Origin: Planctomycetota bacterium
GTDB taxonomy: Bacteria; Planctomycetota; UBA8108; SXIK01
DNA length: 64,000 nt
Assembly: GCA_965223845.1 (NCBI GenBank)
Contig: CBDCXR010000004.1
Span: 4,768,001-4,832,000, forward strand
Reading direction: 5' to 3'
Numbering within the stretch: position 1 is the first letter of the stretch; each line of letters starts with the position of its first letter. The notes beneath the pieces are model-generated. The model made no database searches, was not told the origin of the DNA, and saw only the letters and a list, made by a program, of their open reading frames with translations. Below are positions 35,258 to 44,784 of the stretch, piece by piece. The position numbers were made by a program, and so were the translations under genes.

Positions 35258-38200
35258 ATGGTCACCACGCATCGATGCGTCTCGACCGCGTTCGCGGCGA
35301 TGCTCGTTTTCGGTTTCGGATTCCCGCCCAGCGCATCGGCGCAGGACTTGGGCGGTTGGCTCGAGCCGGAGGGCGGCTGGGATTACGTGTATCACGCCTT
35401 CGAAGAGGAAGATCGCGACGGGGAGTTTCTCCTCGACGGCGAAGACTCCCTCGACGGCACCTGGACTCACAACAATGGATCGGACGCGTGGGACGGAAGC
35501 GGACCCGGCGATGAATTCCGTCCTGACGAAGTGACGGATGCCGCCCCCGGCGGCGCGGGAATCGTGATCTACGAAGGTCTCGGCGAAGATGGCGGCGATG
35601 CCGAAGTGCTCAGCATCGTCGACACCGGCGACCCTCGGAGCCGAGGGTTTTCGGATCCCTCGAACCGAAAGGTCCACCTCTGCCACGAAACGCTCATCCA
35701 CGAGGGAGTCGACACCGACGGCGCGATGCAGTCGGGGATCACGCTCATCGTACGCAGTCGTCTCCATCCCGACGTCGATCCGGACACGCCGGGATGGCAG
35801 CTTCCCGACGGCGGAGTCGACGACGACGCCGGCCAGGGCGCTGCTCCGGGCTACGCGCTCCGCGACGGAGGGAAGGGCGGTCACGGATTTCGCGACGGCG
35901 GCGTCGGACGCATCTTCTCGTTCAGCCCGTTCGGAACGGAGGGCTACCAGTTTCCTCCCGAGATCCCTGCGGGTACGACGCCCGACAATTTCGTGAACGT
36001 CGGGGACAACTCGGTGTTTCACAGCTTCTGGGTCACGATCAGCGATGACGACGAGAACAATCGCTACGAAATCACCGTTTATGTCGACGGTTCGATCGAC
36101 CCGGCCGCCGTGTACGAGAACGTCAATCTCGGCACGGGCTCCGACTGCAACGGAAGCTACCTCCACATGGGCTTCCACTCGACGCCGCAGGTCGGCGGAC
36201 TCGAGGTCGACTACATCGGCTACCGGGAGGGACTCCACGTGCCGAACTCGGTTTGTCCCGGTGGATTCGGCGCCGCGTTTGATTCCGAGTCCGGAAACGT
36301 GGAGCTCAGTTGGTCGCAAGGAGCGGTGGACAGCTACACCGTCCTCCGGGACGACACGCCCATCGCCGAAGGGCTTCCGGCTGGGACGACCACGTTCACC
36401 GACACGTCGCCGGCGAGACCGAACGCGACCTATCAGCTCGTAGCGATCGAGGACGGTACGGCGAAAGCCGGCTGCCCGAGACCTAGGGTGACCGTGTCAA
36501 CGGTGGTTTGTCCGACCCTCGCGTGCTCGACGGATCGCGCCGCGGGCTCGGTGACGCTCGACTGGACCCTGCCGCAGTTTGTCACGCCGACCGGTTTTCG
36601 CATCCTTCGCGACGGCGCTGAGGTCGGGAACGTCGCCGGCGACGTACTCACGTTCACCGACAATCCGGATCCCGGCGAGTACACCTACGAGATCGAGACG
36701 CTGGCCGAGGGAGGTGCGGCGTGCGAAACGAACGCATTCTGCATCGCTCGCCTCTTCGGTGCGGGCACCGTCGAAGTCATCGGTGACGACTGGGACACGA
36801 CCAGCGCGTCCGGCGCGAGCGAGATCGTCACGACATCGGATGGAGTGAAGGGCGCATGGTTCCCGGCGGCGCCGAAGACCGAGTCCGACTCCGTCTCCTT
36901 CGCCGTCAACGTCGCGGATCTGGGAAGCGGCGAGATCGAAGAGGGAAGATTCCGCGTCGAGGTTCGCGCTCGCTACGACAATCCGGTGCGCATCGTCAAC
37001 CGGACGAACGAGTCCTTCCTAGAGTTCAACCTCGCGCGAACGGGCGTCAGCAGCGCCAATGACGACCGGGGGGAAGCGGAAGACGGTCTCGAGCAGGTGC
37101 CGAATCCGCCCGCCGATCCGACGCTCGACAGTGCCGCCTCGACGATCGTCAACTCGGACAACACCGGCCTCGCGCTCGAAGAGGGTCTCAATCTGATCGA
37201 GATCGTCGCTCCTCACGATGATCCCATGCAGATCTTCGAGCTCCGCATCGGGCTCTTCTCGAACCTCGACGCGACGATCGCGGCAAATCCTTGTCCGGCG
37301 GGACTCGTGTGCGAGCGCCAGCCCGACGGTTCGATGCTTCTCACGTGGAACGCGGGCGAGCCGCACGCCTACGAGATCGTCCGCGACGGAGACACGATCG
37401 CCGAGATCCCGATGGGCGACCAAACGAGCTTCACCGATACCGATGTCGATCGCGGGTTCTTTACCTACACGCTGCGCGCGACCGACGACGCCGACTGCCC
37501 CGCCATCGAGTGCACGGGCGGAGGCGGCGTGCCGAATCCCGACGGTTTCATCACCGAGTGGCTGATCTTCGGCCCCCTGAATTGGGGCTGCGTCACCGGC
37601 GGGTTCGAGCAGTGCAACGCACCCGGCGAAGATCGCATCTCCGAGGATCATCTCGCCGGGACCGTCGGCGGGGAGGCGGTCGATGAGGTCACGATCGAGC
37701 CGATCGCCGGCATGGAGATCCAGCTCGAGAGCTCGATGGTCCTCGCAACTGCCCGCGCCGACATAAATCCGAACGGTCCCGGCGCCGGTCAGTGGTTCCC
37801 GTACAAGGCCGCGAACTCGACGATCGACTACAACGTCGTCTTCGGCGGGAGTCCCGGAGACGATCACATGGTGTACGCGGTGACGTACATCAACAACAAC
37901 CTCGGCGACGTCGAGCTCGATCTCGGTGTATCGAGCGACGATTCGGTCCAGGTCCTCATCAACGAGGACGTCGTCTGGACGAACAATGTGGCGCGCGGGT
38001 TCGGTGGAGACGGTGAAGTCCAGGACTTCGTCCCGAACGTCTCCCTCCAGGAAGGCCTCAATCGCGTCATGGTGAAGGTCTTTCAGGGCAACGGCGGCGT
38101 CGGATTCCGCCTCCGCTTCGAAGAGGCCGGCGTCCCGATCACCGAAGATCTGGAGATCGATCTCACCCCGGGAGGTCCGCCGACTGACGAAATCCGTCGC

Positions 38201-38473
38201 GGCGACACCAACACCGACGGCAGCGTCAACATCGCCGACATGATCTTCATGCTGAACGGGCTCTTCGGCGACGGCGGCCCGCCGTCGTGTCTCGAGACGG
38301 CCGACCTGAACGGCGATGCCAGCTACAACATCGCGGACGCGATCTTCGGCCTCAACCGTCTCTTCGGCGATGGCCCGCCACCCGTCGGTGGCGCCGGACC
38401 CGAGGGCACGGACTGCGGCGCGGATCCGAGTCCGGCGAATTCGCTCGGGTGCGATTCGTACGACAAGTGTTGA
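35258..38473 (+). CDS. Secreted multidomain protein: lectin-like beta-sandwich, Fn3-like repeats, PA14-like domain, C-terminal dockerin-like
   Basis: Signal peptide; W..RDG...FTD..PGEYTY repeats; FITEWLIFGP...SSDDSVQVLIN...LQEGLNRVMVKV; IRRGDTNTDG...CLETADLNGD. Confidence 0.82.
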   Translation: MVTTHRCVSTAFAAMLVFGFGFPPSASAQDLGGWLEPEGGWDYVYHAFEEEDRDGEFLLDGEDSLDGTWTHNNGSDAWDGSGPGDEFRPDEVTDAAPGGAGIVIYEGLGEDGGDAEVLSIVDTGDPRSRGFSDPSNRKVHLCHETLIHEGVDTDGAMQSGITLIVRSRLHPDVDPDTPGWQLPDGGVDDDAGQGAAPGYALRDGGKGGHGFRDGGVGRIFSFSPFGTEGYQFPPEIPAGTTPDNFVNVGDNSVFHSFWVTISDDDENNRYEITVYVDGSIDPAAVYENVNLGTGSDCNGSYLHMGFHSTPQVGGLEVDYIGYREGLHVPNSVCPGGFGAAFDSESGNVELSWSQGAVDSYTVLRDDTPIAEGLPAGTTTFTDTSPARPNATYQLVAIEDGTAKAGCPRPRVTVSTVVCPTLACSTDRAAGSVTLDWTLPQFVTPTGFRILRDGAEVGNVAGDVLTFTDNPDPGEYTYEIETLAEGGAACETNAFCIARLFGAGTVEVIGDDWDTTSASGASEIVTTSDGVKGAWFPAAPKTESDSVSFAVNVADLGSGEIEEGRFRVEVRARYDNPVRIVNRTNESFLEFNLARTGVSSANDDRGEAEDGLEQVPNPPADPTLDSAASTIVNSDNTGLALEEGLNLIEIVAPHDDPMQIFELRIGLFSNLDATIAANPCPAGLVCERQPDGSMLLTWNAGEPHAYEIVRDGDTIAEIPMGDQTSFTDTDVDRGFFTYTLRATDDADCPAIECTGGGGVPNPDGFITEWLIFGPLNWGCVTGGFEQCNAPGEDRISEDHLAGTVGGEAVDEVTIEPIAGMEIQLESSMVLATARADINPNGPGAGQWFPYKAANSTIDYNVVFGGSPGDDHMVYAVTYINNNLGDVELDLGVSSDDSVQVLINEDVVWTNNVARGFGGDGEVQDFVPNVSLQEGLNRVMVKVFQGNGGVGFRLRFEEAGVPITEDLEIDLTPGGPPTDEIRRGDTNTDGSVNIADMIFMLNGLFGDGGPPSCLETADLNGDASYNIADAIFGLNRLFGDGPPPVGGAGPEGTDCGADPSPANSLGCDSYDKC

Positions 38474-38493
38474 GCGGCCGACGCTCGGAGTAG

Positions 38494-38540
38494 AGCGCGG
38501 CAGCTCGGCGGCGACGTCGAGCTGCCGCGCTTATTTTTTT
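38494..38540 (+). terminator. Intrinsic terminator
   Basis: 14-bp stem AGCGCGGCAGCTCG / CGAGCTGCCGCGCT followed by TATTTTTTT. Confidence 0.85.
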
Positions 38541-38637
38541 GCCGAAGCAGCGCTGACGGTTCGCACTCCGTCTGCCGTCCTTTTCCCCGCGGACTTCGCG
38601 TTCTTCGTGTTCCGTGCGTTCGTGGTACAAGAGCCGC

Positions 38638-39435
38638 ATGAACGAAGAACACTCTCCGAAATCGGTCGACGACTCCCGCTGGGGCAAAGCAACGCGATCC
38701 ATCGACGAAGGGCGCCTCCTTCAAGGACCCGAGAGCCGGGGAAAAGAATTTCGCCGGCTCATGCGGATCGTCGGTGAGTTCGTGCGCGGCTTTCGCGCAT
38801 TCCACTTCATCGGCCCCTGCGTGACGACGTTCGGATCGGCACGCTTCGACGAGGGACATCGCTACTACGAGCTCTCGCGCAGCGTCGGCTCCGAGCTCGC
38901 AAAGGCGGGCTTCGCGGTGCTCACGGGCGGCGGTCCCGGCACCATGGAGGCCGCGAATCGCGGCGCGAAGGAAGCGGGGGGACTTTCGCTCGGGTGCAAC
39001 ATCGAGCTCCCCCACGAGCAGGCGCACAATCCCTACCTAGACGAGTGGGTCGAGTTCCGGTACTTCTTCGTGCGAAAGGTCATGCTAGTCAAATACTCGC
39101 AGGCGTTCGTCGTCCTTCCCGGAGGATTCGGCACGCTCGACGAGATCTTCGAGACCGCCACGCTGATTCAGACGGGAAAGATCCACGATTTCCCGCTTGT
39201 TCTCATGGGACTCGACTACTGGGCGCCGCTGCTCGAGTTCCTCCGCGGAACGATGCTCACCGAGCGGACGATCTCACCTGAGGACGTCGATCGTCTGATC
39301 CTCACCGACGATCCCGCCGAAGCGGCGGAGCGCATCCGCGAGACGGTCGAGAGCCGCTTCGGGCTCATACCGAGGCCGCTCAAGCCGCGCTGGATCCTCG
39401 GCGAGAAGAAGCGCCGGCGCTCGCACACGGGCTAA
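38638..39435 (+). CDS. LOG-family (TIGR00730) nucleotide phosphoribohydrolase
   Basis: FGSAR, TGGGPGTMEAAN, YFFVRK, PGGFGTLDE. Confidence 0.92.
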   Translation: MNEEHSPKSVDDSRWGKATRSIDEGRLLQGPESRGKEFRRLMRIVGEFVRGFRAFHFIGPCVTTFGSARFDEGHRYYELSRSVGSELAKAGFAVLTGGGPGTMEAANRGAKEAGGLSLGCNIELPHEQAHNPYLDEWVEFRYFFVRKVMLVKYSQAFVVLPGGFGTLDEIFETATLIQTGKIHDFPLVLMGLDYWAPLLEFLRGTMLTERTISPEDVDRLILTDDPAEAAERIRETVESRFGLIPRPLKPRWILGEKKRRRSHTG

Positions 39436-39440
39436 GAGGA

Positions 39441-39648
39441 AGAGTTTTCACACGAAGGGTTAGGGAAGAGCGCGAAGCAAGACGGAAGAGGATGGAGAGT
39501 TGGAGGCTACGGGCTAGGCGGAATCGCGAGTTCGGCTGCGCATGTGCGTAGCTGCCATGCGAGAATCCTCCGACTCGATTTGCTCCCGTATTGACTCTTC
39601 CTTCGTCTTTCCTTCGCGCTCTTCCCTAACCCTTCGTGTGAAAACTCT
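39441..39648. repeat. 208-bp element with 37-bp perfect terminal inverted repeats (MITE/REP-like)
   Basis: 39441-39477 agagttttcacacgaagggttagggaagagcgcgaag is the exact reverse complement of 39612-39648; imperfect pairing continues inward. Confidence 0.85.
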
Positions 39649-39693
39649 CTAGAGCTCGCAAAACGCCGCAACGACCTCCGATGCGCGCTCCGT

Positions 39694-41178
39694 CTATCCC
39701 ACGATCGGATGGATCACCTCACCCGCGACGTCCGTGAGCCGAAACTTGCGCCCGTTGTAGGTGTAAGTGAGTTGCGTGTGGTCGATTCCGAGAAGGTGCA
39801 GGATCGTCGCGTGGAGATCGTTCACTGTGACCTTGTCGACCGCGGCCTTGAATCCGATTTCGTCGGTCTCGCCGTAACTCACCCCACCGCGGACGCCGCC
39901 GCCCGCCATCCACGTCGTGAACGCGTGAGGATTGTGATCGCGTCCCGGCTTCGCTCCCTTCTGCGCAATCGGTAGGCGTCCGAACTCGCCGCCCCAAACG
40001 ACCAGCGTCTCGTCGAGGAGGCCGCGCGATTCGAGGTCGCTGAGAAGGGCCGCGATCGGCCGATCGGTTTCCGCCGCGAATCCGCTGTGATTGCCGCGGA
40101 TATCTTGGTGGCCGTCCCAGCTCCGCTGGTTCTCCATCCCGCCCGAGTAGATCTGAACGAAACGAACGCCGCGCTCGACGAGTCGGCGCGCCGTGAGGCA
40201 TTGGCGCGCGAAGTGCGCGGTCGGTTTCTCGTCGAGCCCGTAGAGTTTCTTCGTCGCCGGCGACTCGCGATCGACGTCGAGTGCTTCGGGTGCAGCCACC
40301 TGCATGCGGTACGCGAGCTCGAAGCTCTCGATGCGCGCGGCCAGCTCACGCTCGAGCGGATCGTTCACGGGCGCGTCCTCCGTCCCGCTGAGCCCGGCGA
40401 GCAAATCGAGCTGCGCTCGCTGCTGACGGTCCGTGAGTTCGCGGCGACGGACGAGGTTGTCGATCGGCAGCCCCCTCGGACGGAGATGCGTTCCCTGATA
40501 CACGCTCGGCAGGAAGCCCGCGCCCCAGTTGAGCGCGTGTCCCTTCGGAAGCCCGCGCCCGAGTGGATCACTCATGACGATGAACGCCGGGAGATTTCGA
40601 TTCTCGCTGCCGAGACCGTAGGTGACCCACGAGCCTACGCAGGGAAAACCCATTCGAGTCATCCCTGTCTGCATCATGAAGAGCGCGGGACTGTGGTTGT
40701 TCGACTCGGTGTGCCCCGAGTGGATGAACGCCATCTTGTCGACGTGATGAGCGAGGCGGGGAAATATGCTCGAGACGTACTTTCCGCATTCGCCGTGGGG
40801 GCGGAATTCGAACGGCGACTTCATAAGGGGCCCCACCGCACCCGAGAAGAAGCCGGTGAACTTGTCGAAGCCCTTCAGCTCGACCCCGTTCTTTCGCTCG
40901 AGTTCAGGCTTGTAATCCCAGGTGTCGACCTGACTCGGACCGCCGTTGATGAAGAGCCAGATCACCGCCCGCGCACCCGCACGCGAGGGAGCCGCGCGCG
41001 GAGCGAGCGGATCGAGCGGGCCCGACTTCGACCGACCCGTGCGCGGTGCTCCGAGGAGACCTTCGTCCCCGAGAAGTCCGGCGAGACCGAGAAGACCGGC
41101 GCCGCTGCCGGCGCGCGCGAGCAGCTCTCGGCGAGTCCAGCCGGCGGAGCCAGGTCGATGCAGGGGATCAGCGGACAT
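39694..41178 (-). CDS. DUF1501 protein (Tat substrate)
   Basis: TRRELL; GGPSQVDTWDYKP; LVERGVRFVQ; WDGH; GEFGRLP; GRDHNP. Confidence 0.92.
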   Translation of the reverse strand: MSADPLHRPGSAGWTRRELLARAGSGAGLLGLAGLLGDEGLLGAPRTGRSKSGPLDPLAPRAAPSRAGARAVIWLFINGGPSQVDTWDYKPELERKNGVELKGFDKFTGFFSGAVGPLMKSPFEFRPHGECGKYVSSIFPRLAHHVDKMAFIHSGHTESNNHSPALFMMQTGMTRMGFPCVGSWVTYGLGSENRNLPAFIVMSDPLGRGLPKGHALNWGAGFLPSVYQGTHLRPRGLPIDNLVRRRELTDRQQRAQLDLLAGLSGTEDAPVNDPLERELAARIESFELAYRMQVAAPEALDVDRESPATKKLYGLDEKPTAHFARQCLTARRLVERGVRFVQIYSGGMENQRSWDGHQDIRGNHSGFAAETDRPIAALLSDLESRGLLDETLVVWGGEFGRLPIAQKGAKPGRDHNPHAFTTWMAGGGVRGGVSYGETDEIGFKAAVDKVTVNDLHATILHLLGIDHTQLTYTYNGRKFRLTDVAGEVIHPIVG

Positions 41179-44100
41179 ACACGAACTCTCCGAGGCTCAT
41201 GAGCACCTGACAGAAGTCGGCGAGAGCCGGTCGCTCGGCTTCGCTCGCGTAGGTCTTTCGTTGCGCCGCTAGAAACGAGACGGCGCGATCGTGTTCCGCC
41301 GGCGTCGGAGCGCGCGAGAGCGCGATCCGGTACGCGCGCGCGACGACCTCGGCGTCGGTCGCGGTCGGATTCGCGTCGAGCAATCGGTTCGCAAAGGCTT
41401 CGGCCGAGCGCCGGATCTCGTCGCCGTTCATGAGGAGAAGCGCCTGAGGCGCCGTGGTCGTCACCGCGCGAACCGGAAGACTGACGAGCGCCTGCGGCGC
41501 GTCGAACACCTGCAGCATCGCCACGAGCCGGCTCCGCTTCACCGTGAAGTAGAGGCTGCGCCGACGATGGTTCGGGTCGAGCGTTCCCGGTCCGAAGAGC
41601 GTCCGATCGAGCCGGCCCGATACGGCGAGGAAGAGATCGCGAATCGCTTCGGCCTCGAGCCGACGAGGCGAGAACCGCCAGTAGAACCGATTGTCGGGAT
41701 CGAGCCGGAAGTTCTCATCGACGAAGGTCGACGATTGCCGAAACGTCTGGCTCGTAAGGATGATCCGGTGAATGTGACGGAGATCCCAGCCGCTTTGCAC
41801 GAGCTCCGTGGCGAGCCATTCGAGGAGCTCGGGATGACTCGGTCGTTCGCCCTGCCGGCCGAAGTCGTTCGGCGTCGCGACGAGCCCCCTCCCCATGTGG
41901 TGCTGCCAGACGCGATTCACCGCGACTCGCGCGAGAAGCGCGCCGGCGCCGTGCTCGACGTCCGTGATCCAGTTGGCGAAGGATCGTCGCCGGTAGGACG
42001 TTCGCGCGCCCTCGGGAGGGGATTCCCGCCACCGATCCTCTCGCACCACAGGATCGGTGAGCACGGAAAGAAAGCCCGGCTCCGCTACGCCATCCTTCTG
42101 ATCCGTGTCTCCACGCTTCAGGAAGTACGTCTGGTCGAAGAAATCGGCGCCTTGCGTGTGGTGACGCATCGGCTTCACTCCCTCGGAGCACACCATCATC
42201 TTCGTCGTCGATGGCTTAGGTGCCCCTTCGAGATGCGCGTCGACCGCGCGCTTCAGCTCGAGCCAACGCTCGTCGCGCTCTCGGTACCAGTTCGCGAGCG
42301 CGTCCCGCGTCGCCTTCTCGAGCGACGTGAGCGCGGCTCCGTCCCGGAGCTCGCGCAGCCCCCGAGCCACCGCATCCGGAATGCCGTCCCCTTCGAGCGG
42401 AAGGGTTCCGGAGAGCGTCGTGACCGCGATCCGCGGGCGCCCGATGTTGTGGCGATGGTTCACCGTAAACTCGAGCTCGATGCTCAGCGTCGTTCCGCTT
42501 TCGAACCCGACGGGGCGATCGAACTCGAACACCGCCGAGTGGTTCTTTCCAAACTGCGGATCGACGGCCCAGCCGCTCCGCGGATCGTCGTCGAGCGATG
42601 CCGCGAGCGCGAGGTTCCCGCCGTTCTGCTCGAACGTTGCGCGCGGACGAACGAGCGTCACGACTTGAGGCGTTCCCGCTGCCGCCTCGACGGGCGCGGC
42701 GGTAACGCGGATGGATCCGAGACCGATGTTTCCGTTGGCGGCTCTTCCCGGTCCGCCCTTCACTAGCGAGGGGTGCGAGAGCGCTTCGAGACGCAGCGCA
42801 CGGATTCCCTGAAGATTCGTTCGAGCGACGAGCGTGTAGACGTCAAACTCGGGGTTCTTCCCCTCGGCGAGAAGCGACCCGTCTTCGAGCGCGCGCAGAG
42901 TCGCGCCGCCCTTCGACACCGCCGTTTCCCACTGAAGAACGCTCCACGCGCCCTCGGCGGCCGCGCGCTTCGCGTCGTCCGCGAGCCAGCGCTCGAAGCG
43001 CACCGGGAGCTCGCTCTCCTCGAAGTCGCGTAGCGCCGACACGAACGGCGCGTGCTTCGCGTCGAATTCCTCCTTCTCGCGGCGATACTCTTCGGGTGCG
43101 AGGTTGACGTCGATCTCGCTGCGAACCGTCGTCGTAAACGTCGCGAGCATGCGGTAGTAGTCGCGCGTCGGGATCGGGTCGAACTTGTGATCGTGACAGC
43201 GCGCGCAACCGACCGTGAGCCCGAGGAAGGCCGATGACGCGGTCGACAGCATGTCGTCGAGTGCGTCGTAGCGGGTCCGTTCCACCTCCTTTTGGGTGAT
43301 CTGCGTCGGGAACACTCCGGCGCCGAGAAACCCCGTCGCCATCATCGCGAGAGGCTCGCCCGGTGCGAACTCATCCCCGGCGAGTTGCCAGCGGACAAAC
43401 TGATCGTAGGGAAGGTTTTCGTAGAGCGCCCGAATCACGAAGTCGCGGTAGTGATACGCGTGCTTCCGATCGTAGTCATGCTCGAATCCGTGGCTCTCGG
43501 CGAAGCGCGCGACATCGAGCCAGTGTCGAGCCCAACGTTCACCGTGCGCCGGACTCGCAAGGAGTCGATCGACGATCTCCCGGTACCGCAGCTCCGAGGG
43601 ATCGCGCACGAACTCCTCGAGCTCACCGGGAGTGGGAGGCAGTCCGGTGAGGTCGAGATAGAGCCGCCGGAGAAGTACGCGCGGCGAGGCCGGATCGCTT
43701 CGCCCGACGCTATGGTCTCGCTGCGCAGAGACAACGAAGGCATCGATCGGATGGTCTCCCGCGCCATCGACTCGCGGCGGCGCGACGGCACGCAATCGAG
43801 AGAACGACCACCAGTCGCGATCGCGGTCGCTGACGAACGACGCCGCGCCGCCCGGTCCTTCGCCGACGAGTGGCGAGTCGTAAGGCGCACCGAGATCGAT
43901 CCACCGACCGATCCACTCGACCGTGTCCTGCGGAAGCGGCGCCTCCCGGTGCGGCATGAATGGCTCTTCTCGTCGCGCGACGAGTCGGTAGAGAAGACTC
44001 TGCTCACGATCGCCGGGGCGCACGGCCGGTCCGGATCGGCCGCCGCTCAAGAGGCCGCTCCGCGTCGAGAGGTCAAAGTCCGCTCGTTTCTTTCCTCCGC

Positions 44101-44320
44101 CGTGACAACCGAGGCAGCGATCGACGAGAACCGAGCGGAGCTTCGCCTTGAAGAGTCGTGCGCCGGCGGCCATGCGCTCGGCGTGGTCCGGAGGGACGTT
44201 CACCTCCGGCGGAGTCTCTTCCGCGAGAACGGCGAACGGAAGAACGATCCACTGAACCGTGAGCGCCCCGCGGAGGAGGAGCCGGCAAACGCGAGGCGGC
44301 GTCCGTAGCGTCATTTCCAT
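41168..44320 (-). CDS. Planctomycete cytochrome c + DUF1549/DUF1553 (PSCyt2/PSD1) protein
   Basis: CLGCH; HPIDAF; GERWARHWLDVARFAES; CARCHDHKFDPI; NRVWQHHMGRGLV; RRLEAEAIRD. Start approximate. Confidence 0.92.
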   Translation of the reverse strand: MEMTLRTPPRVCRLLLRGALTVQWIVLPFAVLAEETPPEVNVPPDHAERMAAGARLFKAKLRSVLVDRCLGCHGGGKKRADFDLSTRSGLLSGGRSGPAVRPGDREQSLLYRLVARREEPFMPHREAPLPQDTVEWIGRWIDLGAPYDSPLVGEGPGGAASFVSDRDRDWWSFSRLRAVAPPRVDGAGDHPIDAFVVSAQRDHSVGRSDPASPRVLLRRLYLDLTGLPPTPGELEEFVRDPSELRYREIVDRLLASPAHGERWARHWLDVARFAESHGFEHDYDRKHAYHYRDFVIRALYENLPYDQFVRWQLAGDEFAPGEPLAMMATGFLGAGVFPTQITQKEVERTRYDALDDMLSTASSAFLGLTVGCARCHDHKFDPIPTRDYYRMLATFTTTVRSEIDVNLAPEEYRREKEEFDAKHAPFVSALRDFEESELPVRFERWLADDAKRAAAEGAWSVLQWETAVSKGGATLRALEDGSLLAEGKNPEFDVYTLVARTNLQGIRALRLEALSHPSLVKGGPGRAANGNIGLGSIRVTAAPVEAAAGTPQVVTLVRPRATFEQNGGNLALAASLDDDPRSGWAVDPQFGKNHSAVFEFDRPVGFESGTTLSIELEFTVNHRHNIGRPRIAVTTLSGTLPLEGDGIPDAVARGLRELRDGAALTSLEKATRDALANWYRERDERWLELKRAVDAHLEGAPKPSTTKMMVCSEGVKPMRHHTQGADFFDQTYFLKRGDTDQKDGVAEPGFLSVLTDPVVREDRWRESPPEGARTSYRRRSFANWITDVEHGAGALLARVAVNRVWQHHMGRGLVATPNDFGRQGERPSHPELLEWLATELVQSGWDLRHIHRIILTSQTFRQSSTFVDENFRLDPDNRFYWRFSPRRLEAEAIRDLFLAVSGRLDRTLFGPGTLDPNHRRRSLYFTVKRSRLVAMLQVFDAPQALVSLPVRAVTTTAPQALLLMNGDEIRRSAEAFANRLLDANPTATDAEVVARAYRIALSRAPTPAEHDRAVSFLAAQRKTYASEAERPALADFCQVLMSLGEFVYVR

Positions 44321-44784
44321 CGTCACTCGACAACAACACGCAAACGACGCGACCGAGCTCGACGGCGCCCCGAGGCGTGCTGGCCGCGAAGGACATTGTA
44401 TCGCGGCGTGGAGACTTGAGGAGTCTGGGCACGGGTCCACAGCGCCCCCAAACGCAGCGCCGCTCGGTCATCGCGGCCGGTGTCATCGACTCCCGAGCGC
44501 TCGAAGCAGCTCGCGAGCGGACGGCGGCTACCGAGGCGCGCGAGATTTGGAGAGATCGCGTCGACGCAAGGAGCCGGCGGCCGTCGTGCTACCGGTCAAG
44601 AGCGTCCAAACCATACGCGTGCGCGCTTCGTGCGACGATCAGCTGCTCCTGGGCACACGGATTCGTTCGGAAGAAACGCTCTCGATGCGCATCGTCGAGA
44701 GGCGGGGCGTCGGGCTCTGCGGGAGATCACGGATCTGATCGCCGCCGTTCTCTCCCACCCGAGCGAAGGTCTTAACCGACGTCC

